A DNA stretch of 64,000 nucleotides from a bacterium. Its GTDB lineage: Bacteria > Auribacterota > Tritonobacteria > UBA1439. Numbering within the stretch: position 1 is the stretch's first letter; the number at the start of each line of letters is the position of its first letter. The stretch is from the NCBI GenBank assembly GCA_028716845.1, contig JAQUPF010000001.1, positions 216,167 to 280,166 on the forward strand, written 5' to 3'. The position numbers were made by a program, and so were the translations under genes. Positions 26,300 through 34,509 of the stretch are shown here, piece after piece. The notes beneath the pieces are model-generated. The model ran no database searches. It was not told the DNA's origin and was given only the letters and a program-made list of their open reading frames with translations.

Positions 26300-27561
26300 C
26301 GGAGCGCCTCCGCCAGCGCCGCGTCCAGGTCGCGGTACACGGTCCCGGCCGACATCCTGCGGGCCATGAGCGCGCGCGCCCTCGCGGCGACCTCGGCCCG
26401 CAGCGCCGGCGAATCGAGGAATCGGAGCACCTCGCGCGCGAATTCTTCGTCGTCCCGCGCGACCGCGCAGTGCACGCCCGCCTCGCACTCGATCCCCTCC
26501 GCGCCGACGGGCGTCGTGACGACCGGAACGCCGTGCGCCATCGCCTCGAGCACCTTCATCTTCACCCCGCCCCCGGCGGCGACGGGCGCGATGAAGATCC
26601 TGCCGGAGGCGATGAACGCCGCTGACGACGGGACATATCCCTCGAGGCGCACGCCCGTATCCTTGAAGGCGTTCCCGATCTCGGGCGACTGCGCGACCCG
26701 GCCCGCGACGGCCACGGTGAGCGAGGGGCGCGCCGCGACCAGGCGCGGGAGTATCCGTTCCCGGAACAGGAGCAGGGCGAGGCGGTTCGCCTCGTTGTCC
26801 GCCCCCAGGAAGACGAGGTCGTGGCGCGGCTCCCCGCTCCCCGCCCGCGGGAGGGGGACCTCGACCGGCACGGCGCACAGCCGCGCCCCCGGCAGCTCCC
26901 GCCGGAGTACCGCCTCGTCCCACCGGCTGATTGCGAGCACGAGGTCGTATCGCCGCATGACCGACAGCTCGAGCGCCTTCTCCCCCGCGATATCGGACGG
27001 CGCGCCGGCCCGGAAGGGATCCAGGCGCGATTCCCGCACGTACTGGATGTCGTGCGTGTCGAGGATCATCAGGGGGCGGCGCCGGCGGCCCGGGACCCCC
27101 TCCACGCAGGGGCTCATCCAGACGTAGGAGACGAGCACAACGTCGTACGCGCGGTCACGGAGGAGCGCCCGCACGTGACGGGCGAGCGCGCTTCCGGCGT
27201 ACCGCTCCATCCGGGCGCTCACGAGGCTCGGATGCGGCTTCGGCGCGGCGGCGCCGGGCGCGTCCATCCGCCGGAAGCGGCCCCGGACGCGCTTCGCCAG
27301 GGCGCCGGCCGCCGTCCGCGCGCGCCCGAGAACGGAGGCGCCGGCCGGACCGGGGGCGGCTTCGGGGATGTGGACCGCCGAGAGGAGCCTCGCGTCCTCC
27401 CCCCAGAACCGGGCGTCGCGCGAGCCGGCCGGACAGGCGAACTCGACCTCCCAGCCGAGATCCCCGGCGAAATGCCGCAGGAGGCGGCTCGCGCGCACCT
27501 GCGCGCCGTTCGTGACCGGATGAGTCGTCGACGGGAACAGGTAGAGCAGTCTGGTAGCCAC
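26296..27561 (-). CDS. GT4 family glycosyltransferase (group 1)
   Basis: Track ORF 421 aa; C-terminal GT-B signature GGGVKMKVLEAMAHGVPVVTTPVGAEGI. Confidence 0.75.
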   Translation of the reverse strand: MATRLLYLFPSTTHPVTNGAQVRASRLLRHFAGDLGWEVEFACPAGSRDARFWGEDARLLSAVHIPEAAPGPAGASVLGRARTAAGALAKRVRGRFRRMDAPGAAAPKPHPSLVSARMERYAGSALARHVRALLRDRAYDVVLVSYVWMSPCVEGVPGRRRRPLMILDTHDIQYVRESRLDPFRAGAPSDIAGEKALELSVMRRYDLVLAISRWDEAVLRRELPGARLCAVPVEVPLPRAGSGEPRHDLVFLGADNEANRLALLLFRERILPRLVAARPSLTVAVAGRVAQSPEIGNAFKDTGVRLEGYVPSSAAFIASGRIFIAPVAAGGGVKMKVLEAMAHGVPVVTTPVGAEGIECEAGVHCAVARDDEEFAREVLRFLDSPALRAEVAARARALMARRMSAGTVYRDLDAALAEALR

Positions 27562-27850
27562 GGGGCCTCTCTCCGGCGGCGTGTCCGTGCAGGAGTGTAT
27601 TATCCATGGATCGGGCGGATCCGCACGGACTATTCCCCGCCGCCTGGAATCCGCCTTTGCCCCGCATCGTCCCGGATGCTATATTGATTGCGGGATAGGG
27701 GAACCGTGGGGCGGACCTTCACCGATTCCACTCCCGCCGCCCCCCATGCCGAGAGCCGCGGACCGCCGACCGAGATTCGCGCCGCGAGAGGACGAGGCGC
27801 CGCACGTCCCCGGGCGCGGGCAGCAATTTCTCACCCGTCGAGAGATCGCC

Positions 27851-28834
27851 ATGGACCTGAAGGGCATGCGCCGGAGGCGCGGCATCATCGCCGGCCTCGT
27901 CCTCCTCGTGTTCGCTGTGCCGGCGGTCGCGAGTCCAGAGGACGCCTCCCCCATCGTGGTGGGAGGACCGCCCACCGGGACGCCCGTCATCGAAGGGGCG
28001 CCCCCTCCCCCCGCCCCGCCCGCGACGCCGCTGCGCGTCCATTTCATCGACGTGGGACACGGCGACGCATGCCTCATCAAGTGCCCGGACGGGGAGACGA
28101 TCCTCATCGACGGCGGGGCCGGGTGGGATTTTCGGAGCTCGACGGCGGTCTCCACCGTGAACCGCTACCTGCGGGAGCGGGGGGTCGTGAGGCTCGATCT
28201 CGTGATCGCGAGCCATCCCCACGCCGACCATATCGGCGGCCTCGTCCCCGTGCTGCGGGAATTCCCCGTCTCGATGCTGCTCGAGCCGGGCATGCCGTAC
28301 CATTCCGCCACCTACCGCAGTTTCATGGATGCGATCAGGGCGAAGCCGGAGATGGAGCACCGGATCGCGCGGGCGGGCCAGCAGTACTCGTTCGGTGAAG
28401 TGGCGCTCCAGATCCTCCATCCGGGCCAGTCCCTCCACGAGAGCGCGAACGAATCCTCCATCGTGTGCAGGCTCGAGTACGGGGGGGTCAGCTTCCTCTT
28501 CACGGGAGACGCCGGCATACCCGCCGAGAAGGAGATCCTGCAGCGGCGGCGGCCGGTCAGGAGCACGGTCCTCAAGGTGGGGCACCACGGGAGCACCGGC
28601 TCGTCGGGTGCCCCCTTCCTCGGCGCGGTGTCGCCACGGATCGCCGTGATCAGCTGCGCCCCCCGCAAGACGCAGCAGGCGGAGGTCGTGCGCCGCCTCC
28701 AGGCGCGCCGCGCCTCCGTCTACAAGACCGACGAGCACGGGACGGTGATCGTCGAGACCGACGGGAGGGAACTGCGCGTCATCCTCCCGGACAGGCGGAA
28801 GGACGGCCGGCAGGCATCCCTCCCCTCCTCCTGA
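27851..28834 (+). CDS. Secreted metallo-beta-lactamase-fold protein, ComEC/Rec2 C-terminal-domain-like
   Basis: Part of track ORF 27581..28834; ATG 27851; signal/anchor segment, FIDVGHGDACLI and ASHPHADHIGGL metal-binding motifs, LKVGHHGS. Confidence 0.7.
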   Translation: MDLKGMRRRRGIIAGLVLLVFAVPAVASPEDASPIVVGGPPTGTPVIEGAPPPPAPPATPLRVHFIDVGHGDACLIKCPDGETILIDGGAGWDFRSSTAVSTVNRYLRERGVVRLDLVIASHPHADHIGGLVPVLREFPVSMLLEPGMPYHSATYRSFMDAIRAKPEMEHRIARAGQQYSFGEVALQILHPGQSLHESANESSIVCRLEYGGVSFLFTGDAGIPAEKEILQRRRPVRSTVLKVGHHGSTGSSGAPFLGAVSPRIAVISCAPRKTQQAEVVRRLQARRASVYKTDEHGTVIVETDGRELRVILPDRRKDGRQASLPSS

Positions 28835-28868
28835 TCGGCCCGGGATGGTGTATAATGCCCGTGCCGAC

Positions 28869-29939
28869 ATGAAGCCCGACCTCAAGGGGATGACGCGGGA
28901 GGAGATCGCCGACCTGCTCGTCGGGATGGGCGAGCCGTCCTACCGGGGCGGTCAGATCGCCGCCTGGCTCTACGACCGCGGGGCCGTCTCCTTCGAAGAG
29001 ATGACGAACCTCCCGCGGGGGCTCCGGGGGCGGCTCGACGGGGAGGCGCGCATCGGCAACCTGGAGCTCGCGGCGGAGGCCGCGACCGCGGCGCTCGACG
29101 CGCGGAAGTACCTGTTCCGCCTCGAGGACGGCGAGACGATCGAGACCGTGCTCCTGCGGCTCGCGACGAGCCGCACGGTCTGCCTCTCCAGCCAGGTCGG
29201 GTGCCCCGTCGGCTGCCCGTTCTGCGCCACCGGCATGATCGGCCTCCGCCGCAACCTCTCGACCGGCGAGATCGTGGACCAGTTCCTGCGGGTCCGCGCC
29301 CGCCTCGACGAGGGGGAGCAGCCCACGAACGTCGTCTTCATGGGGATGGGGGAGCCGCTCCTCAACTTCGAGAACGTGCTCAGGACCGTCCGCATCCTCA
29401 CCTCGCGCGAGGGGCCGAGCATGAGCCCGCGCCGCATCACGATCTCCACCTGCGGCATCGTTCCCGGCATCCGGCGGCTCGTGAAGGAGCGCTGCACGAC
29501 CGAGCTCGCCGTCTCGATCGCCGCGGCGGACGAGCGGAAGCGCGCCGAGCTCTTCCCGCTCGCCCGCGAGCACCCGCTGAAGAAGGTCGTCGCCGCCGCG
29601 CGCGACTACGCGCGATGGACGAGGCGGCCGGTGACCTTCGAGTACGTGCTCTTCCGCGGCATCAACGACTCGCGGAGAGACGCGGAGACGCTCGGCCGCC
29701 TCGTGGAGGGCGTCCCGTGCAAGGTCAACATCATCCGCTACAACACCGCGCGTCCGTTCCGGTTCGAGGCGAGCGGCCCCCGGCGCGAGGAGGAGTTCCG
29801 CGAGTGGATCCGGCCCCACTGCGCCGCCGTCACGCTCCGGCGGAGCAAGGGGTCGGAGATCGGGGCGGCGTGCGGCCAGCTCCGCGCGGGATACGCGGGC
29901 GCCGAACCGCCCGCGCGGGCGGAACGGGAGGGGAAATGA
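28869..29939 (+). CDS. rlmN: 23S rRNA (adenine2503-C2)-methyltransferase, radical SAM
   Basis: Track ORF 28845..29939; CPVGCPFCATG radical-SAM cluster motif and RlmN/Cfr-like overall sequence. Confidence 0.85.
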   Translation: MKPDLKGMTREEIADLLVGMGEPSYRGGQIAAWLYDRGAVSFEEMTNLPRGLRGRLDGEARIGNLELAAEAATAALDARKYLFRLEDGETIETVLLRLATSRTVCLSSQVGCPVGCPFCATGMIGLRRNLSTGEIVDQFLRVRARLDEGEQPTNVVFMGMGEPLLNFENVLRTVRILTSREGPSMSPRRITISTCGIVPGIRRLVKERCTTELAVSIAAADERKRAELFPLAREHPLKKVVAAARDYARWTRRPVTFEYVLFRGINDSRRDAETLGRLVEGVPCKVNIIRYNTARPFRFEASGPRREEEFREWIRPHCAAVTLRRSKGSEIGAACGQLRAGYAGAEPPARAEREGK

Positions 29940-30913
29940 TCTCATCGTGGGCGCACCTGGACGACGGCACGTACCTCCAGCACCCCGGGCGGGAGCGGTA
30001 CGGGGAGATCCTCGCCGGGGAGGGCAACCTCCTCTGGATCGACCTCGAGGACCCGAAACCCGACGAGATCGCCATCCTCAGGGACGAGTTCCGCTTCCAC
30101 CCGCTCCTCATCGACGACTGCATCGCCTCCCACAGCCAGCCGAAGATCGACGAGTTCGACGACTACTTCTTCCTCGTCATCCACTCCGTCTTCTTCTACG
30201 CGGAGAAGCGGATGGAGGAGGCGCTGAGCATCCGCGAGCTCGACATCTTCGTCGGCCGCAACTACGTCATCACCCACCACCAGGGGCACATCCGGAGCGT
30301 GAGCACCAACCGGAAGCGCTGCGAGCAGGGGAGCCACATCATGGGCCGGGGCGCCGACTACCTCTTCTACAACATGCTCGACGCCCTCGTGGACAACTAC
30401 TTCCCGATCCTCGACATCCTGGGGGAGCGGCTCGAGGGGATCGAGGAGGAGATCCTCAAGGAGCCGAAGCCGGACGTCCTCGCGAAGATCTTCGCCGCGA
30501 AGCGCAACCTGCTCACGATGCGGAAGATCGTCGGGCCGCAGCGGGAGATCATCGGGCGGTTCATGCGGCCGGGCTTCCCGTTCATCCGCGCCGAGATGCG
30601 GCCCTACTTCAAGGACGTCTACGACCACATCCTCCGGATCTACGACATCTCGGAGAGCTCGAGGGACCTCATCTCCGCCGACATGGAGGCCTACCTCTCC
30701 TCCATCTCCTTCAAGCTCAATGAGATCATGAAGACCCTCACCATCATCGCCACGTTCGTCATGCCGCTCACCCTCATCACGGGCTTCTACGGCATGAACG
30801 TGGAGATCCCGGAGTTCCGGTGGGGGGTCTGGGGCTACCTCACCGCCTGGGTATTCATCATCCTCTCGTCGGTGGGGATGTTCCTCTACTTCAAGCGGAA
30901 GAAGCTCATCTGA
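29936..30913 (+). CDS. corA: Magnesium/cobalt transporter CorA
   Basis: C-terminal 325 aa of track ORF 29201..30913; ATG overlaps rlmN stop (ATGA); YGMN motif and two C-terminal TM helices. Confidence 0.85.
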   Translation: MISSWAHLDDGTYLQHPGRERYGEILAGEGNLLWIDLEDPKPDEIAILRDEFRFHPLLIDDCIASHSQPKIDEFDDYFFLVIHSVFFYAEKRMEEALSIRELDIFVGRNYVITHHQGHIRSVSTNRKRCEQGSHIMGRGADYLFYNMLDALVDNYFPILDILGERLEGIEEEILKEPKPDVLAKIFAAKRNLLTMRKIVGPQREIIGRFMRPGFPFIRAEMRPYFKDVYDHILRIYDISESSRDLISADMEAYLSSISFKLNEIMKTLTIIATFVMPLTLITGFYGMNVEIPEFRWGVWGYLTAWVFIILSSVGMFLYFKRKKLI

Positions 30914-31379
30914 GGGGGGCGCCCCACGCGCGGATCGCGAGCACCCGGAAGCGCCTCGTGCCTCCCGGCGTCTCCACCGCGAACTCCTCCCCCCGCCGCT
31001 TCGTGATCATCCCCCGCGCAAGCGGGCTCAGGTGCGAGATGACGTGCCGGTCCGCGTCCGCGTCCGCCGGCCCGAGGATGACGTACTCGACCTCCTCCCC
31101 GCCGTCCAGGTCGAGGAGGCGGACGGCCGTGGCGATGGAGACGATGTCGCCGGGGACGCGGAGGTCCTCGATGAAGTGGACGCCGGCGAGCTGCTCGGAG
31201 ATCTGCGCGAGACGGGCCTGGAGGAGGTGGAGCCGGTCCCGCGCCGCCTCGTAGCCGGCGTTCTCGCGGAGGTCCCCCTGCGAGGCCGCCTCGAGCTTCT
31301 CCCTCCCGAGGCGCGGTATCTCCACCTCCTTCAGGCGCCTCGCCTCTTCGCTCAAACGCTCGTACGACGCCCTCGTCAT
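30906..31379 (-). CDS. greA: Transcription elongation factor GreA
   Basis: Track ORF 30906..31394; MTRASYERLSEE...GDLRENAGYEAAR coiled-coil N-domain. Confidence 0.8.
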   Translation of the reverse strand: MTRASYERLSEEARRLKEVEIPRLGREKLEAASQGDLRENAGYEAARDRLHLLQARLAQISEQLAGVHFIEDLRVPGDIVSIATAVRLLDLDGGEEVEYVILGPADADADRHVISHLSPLARGMITKRRGEEFAVETPGGTRRFRVLAIRAWGAPLR

Positions 31380-31489
31380 GTAGTTCGCCTGCATGGATGG
31401 ATCCTCCCGGCGCGTCTTTCCCGATTATAGCATCCGAGGGGATCGGCAGCTCGTCGTCCGCATCCCGCGGAGCCGCCGCGCACAATGCA

Positions 31490-31800
31490 CCCCGAACCGC
31501 GGATCTCCACGGATCATTGACGGATTGTCACGGATTGGATTGCAGTAGATACAGGGTTCCGGCCGCGGATTGACGCAGATACAACCGGCCACAGAGGACA
31601 CAGAGAACGCAGAGGATAGTGCCGCTTTCGGCTTTGAACGTTCAACTTTGAACTGTAGTTGTCCTCTGTGCTCTCTGTGGCTGACACATTGTTCCTTCCA
31701 CTCCACGCTCCCGCTTCCGACTCCGGACTGAAGTCGGATCCGCGATAATCCGCGTCGATCCGCGGCAAGAACATTATCCATTCGCGCTGATCTGCGCGGA
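31490..31800. repeat. Mosaic intergenic repeat element, copy a
   Basis: Contains module X (about 31563..31662, forward) and module Y (about 31496..31560, reverse) shared with other copies; lower GC than flanking genes. Confidence 0.7.
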
Positions 31801-31808
31801 AAGCAAAC

Positions 31809-31832
31809 GGGGCCTCTCTCTCGAGAGGCCCC
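31809..31832 (-). terminator. Hairpin terminator downstream of hsp20
   Basis: Perfect 10-bp stem GGGGCCTCTC / GAGAGGCCCC with 4-nt loop, followed on the minus strand by GTTTGCTTTCC. Confidence 0.55.
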
Positions 31833-31855
31833 GTGCCGGACCAGGACCGGGCGGG

Positions 31856-32308
31856 TTACTCCTTCACCTCGATCCTGATCTTCTTCTCCTTCGCCTCCTC
31901 CGCCTTCGGGAGCCGCACCTCGAGGACGCCGCCCTTGTACGAGGCCTTCACCTTGCCCTGGTCGACGGGGAAGGGGAGCTCGAGGCAGCGCTGGAACGAG
32001 CCGTAGTAGCGCTCGCAGCGGTAGAAGTCCTTCTCCTTCACCTCGGACTCCTGCTTCCTCTCCCCCCGGAGCGTGAGCGTGTTGCCCTGGATGGAGATGT
32101 CGACATCCTCCTCCTTCATCCCGGGGAGATCGGCCTTCACCACGATCGACTCCTTGTCCTCGTAGATGTCGAGGGCCGGACTCCACACGACGGCGCCCGG
32201 ATCGCCGAACAGTCGCCCGACCGAGGTGTCGAATACCCTGCTCAAGTCACCGGGGAGGTCGGCGAACGGACTCCACACATCGCGCGGTCTCCAACGTATC
32301 AGCGCCAT
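31856..32308 (-). CDS. Small heat-shock protein, Hsp20/alpha-crystallin family
   Basis: Track ORF 31856..32410; ATG 32308 with AAGGAGG RBS; alpha-crystallin domain (VKADLPGMKEEDVDISIQGNTLTLRGER...GVLEVRLPK). Confidence 0.85.
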   Translation of the reverse strand: MALIRWRPRDVWSPFADLPGDLSRVFDTSVGRLFGDPGAVVWSPALDIYEDKESIVVKADLPGMKEEDVDISIQGNTLTLRGERKQESEVKEKDFYRCERYYGSFQRCLELPFPVDQGKVKASYKGGVLEVRLPKAEEAKEKKIRIEVKE

Positions 32309-32350
32309 GATCCGCACCTCCTTTCTTCCATTTGTCCACATCATAATTAA

Positions 32351-32365
32351 GCATTTCCCGTGCCA
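32351..32365 (-). promoter_or_regulatory. Candidate sigma-54 (-24/-12) promoter for hsp20
   Basis: Minus-strand TGGCACGGGAAATGC (GG and GC separated by 10 nt, as in consensus TGGCACG-N4-TTGC); GC element about 45 nt upstream of the ATG. Confidence 0.45.
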
Positions 32366-32588
32366 GCGGGAGCGCGCGGGCGAAGGCACTCGGCGCAATC
32401 CGCAATACATTGCGGGAGAAGATAATACAAGTTAGACATCGCCATCCGGATTTCCTCACTTCTCCCCCATCCGGGCGCGTGAGCCATATTGACACGGGCC
32501 CGCATCAGACGCGCCGGGCCAGTTTGTCACGCGGGCGGCGCGGCACGGCATCCTTTCAAATGGGAGGAGATTGCGCGGCGGCGCTCCC

Positions 32589-33773
32589 ATGGGATACCAT
32601 ACCGCCATGCCCCCGAGGAATGTCACCCTCAGGCCGAAGGGCCTCCAGTGGTACATGACCGGCCACGCCTGGATCTACCGGGAGGACGTGGCGAACACGG
32701 GCGGCGCCCGCTCGGGCGACATCGTCTCCGTCTCGGACGCCCGCGGCCGCCGCCTCGGCTCGGCGTTCTACGGCGGCGCCTCGAAGATCGCCCTGCGCCT
32801 CCTGACGAGGGGCGAGGCGGTCGCGGACGACCGGCTCCTCGCGGACCGGCTCGCCGAGGCGATCGAGCGCCGGCGGCCGTCGATGGAGGAGGGCGGCGCC
32901 GCCCGGCTCGTCTACTCCGAGGGGGATTTCCTCCCGGGCCTCGTCGCGGACATCTACGACGGGTACGTCGTCCTGCAGGCGCTCATCCCCGCGGTGGACG
33001 CGCGGCTCGGCCTCTTCGCGAACGCGTGCGCCGACATCCTCCGGCCGCGCGGCATCGTCTGCAGGAACGACGCGAGCTCCCGCGCGCTGGAGGGCCTCCC
33101 GCTCGAGAAGAAGATGCTCGCGGGGGAGCAGCCGGGCCCGGTCGAGGTCGCGGAGGGCCCCGTGCGCTACCTCGCCGACCTCTGGAACGGCCACAAGACG
33201 GGGGCCTACCTCGATCAGCGCGACAACCGGCCGGCGGCGGCGCGGTACGCGCGGGGGCGCGTCCTCGACTGCTTCGCCTACCAGGGGCATTTCGCCCTCC
33301 ACTGCGCCCGGCGGGCGGAGACGGTCACGGCGGTCGAGTCGTCCGCGGAGGCGGTCGCGGTCATCGGGAGGAACTGCGCCCTCAACGAGCTCGCGAACGT
33401 GGAGGCCGTCGAGGGGAACGCCTTCGATCTCCTCCGCCGCGCGCACCGGGAGCGCCGGCGCTTCGACATGATCGTCCTCGACCCGCCGCCGCTCGCCCGG
33501 AAGCGGGCCCACGCGGCCGACGCGCTGCGCGGCTACAAGGAGATCAACCTGCGGGCGATGCACATCCTCGCCGAGGGGGGCGTCCTCGCCACCTTCTGCT
33601 GCTCGCACGGCATCCCGCGGGACCTCTTCCTGGAGGTCCTGCGCCGGGCGGCGGCGGACGCCCGCTGCGGATTCCGGGTCATGGAGGAGCTGCGGCAGGC
33701 CGCCGACCACCCGGTCCTCCTCCACGTCCCCGAGACGGCCTACCTCAAGGGCTTCGTCCTCCGGAAGACCTGA
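32589..33773 (+). CDS. Class I SAM-dependent rRNA methyltransferase, RlmI-like (PUA + MTase)
   Basis: Track ORF 32571..33773; LDCFAYQGHFALHCA and DPPPLARKRAH...EGGVLATFCCSH motifs. Confidence 0.7.
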   Translation: MGYHTAMPPRNVTLRPKGLQWYMTGHAWIYREDVANTGGARSGDIVSVSDARGRRLGSAFYGGASKIALRLLTRGEAVADDRLLADRLAEAIERRRPSMEEGGAARLVYSEGDFLPGLVADIYDGYVVLQALIPAVDARLGLFANACADILRPRGIVCRNDASSRALEGLPLEKKMLAGEQPGPVEVAEGPVRYLADLWNGHKTGAYLDQRDNRPAAARYARGRVLDCFAYQGHFALHCARRAETVTAVESSAEAVAVIGRNCALNELANVEAVEGNAFDLLRRAHRERRRFDMIVLDPPPLARKRAHAADALRGYKEINLRAMHILAEGGVLATFCCSHGIPRDLFLEVLRRAAADARCGFRVMEELRQAADHPVLLHVPETAYLKGFVLRKT

Positions 33774-33797
33774 GCGCCCCCGCCGGACCGCGCCCCC

Positions 33798-34316
33798 CTA
33801 CGGGGTGAGGAGCCGCCGGAGCTCCATCGAGAGGAAGAGGCGCGAGATCCCCCAGAAGAGGACGTACCAGGCGATGAGGAGCGGCAGGATGACCGGGTTC
33901 GAAAGGATGAGCACCGCCACGAGGATGTTGACGATGCCGAGGAACGCGAGGAAGAAGTTGCCTCCGAACACCCGGAACGAGCCGACGATCTCCCCCACGC
34001 CCGAGAGGACGAGGAAGAGGGCGACGATGAAGTAGACGAACCCGACGTTGAGGAGCCAGAGGAGGAGCGTGGCGAGGAGGCCGAGGAGGATCGAGAGAAT
34101 GCCCTGCCCGGCGCGGCCGGACCTGATGTAGTGCGCCCCCTCGCTGAACGAGTAGAAGACGATGAAGAGGGAGAGGATGAACTGGAACACCCGGAACGCG
34201 GAGGCCATCAGCAGCATCGTGCCCCCGGGATAGAACAGCATGAGGACGCCGAGGACGATGCCGAGCAGGGCGCCCGCCGTCATGGAGCCGAGCGCCGTCC
34301 TGACCGATCCGTTCAT
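33798..34316 (-). CDS. DUF308/HdeD-family small membrane protein
   Basis: Track ORF 172 aa, almost entirely hydrophobic helices with internal repeat pattern; family assignment tentative. Confidence 0.5.
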   Translation of the reverse strand: MNGSVRTALGSMTAGALLGIVLGVLMLFYPGGTMLLMASAFRVFQFILSLFIVFYSFSEGAHYIRSGRAGQGILSILLGLLATLLLWLLNVGFVYFIVALFLVLSGVGEIVGSFRVFGGNFFLAFLGIVNILVAVLILSNPVILPLLIAWYVLFWGISRLFLSMELRRLLTP

Positions 34317-34509
34317 CTCCCCTCCTTCCGCCCGTCGGGGCGTTTGGCCGGCATCCTACCATCCGCGGGGAGGCGGCGGCAAGGACGCATGAGGACGACG
34401 GGACCGGATCCCCGAACACTGGATTCGCGCGAACATTGACCGCGTGATGGTCAGGTGATAATATTTATTAAAATTTTATCCAGCGCCGCGTCTCGAAGGG
34501 AGGGGTCCC

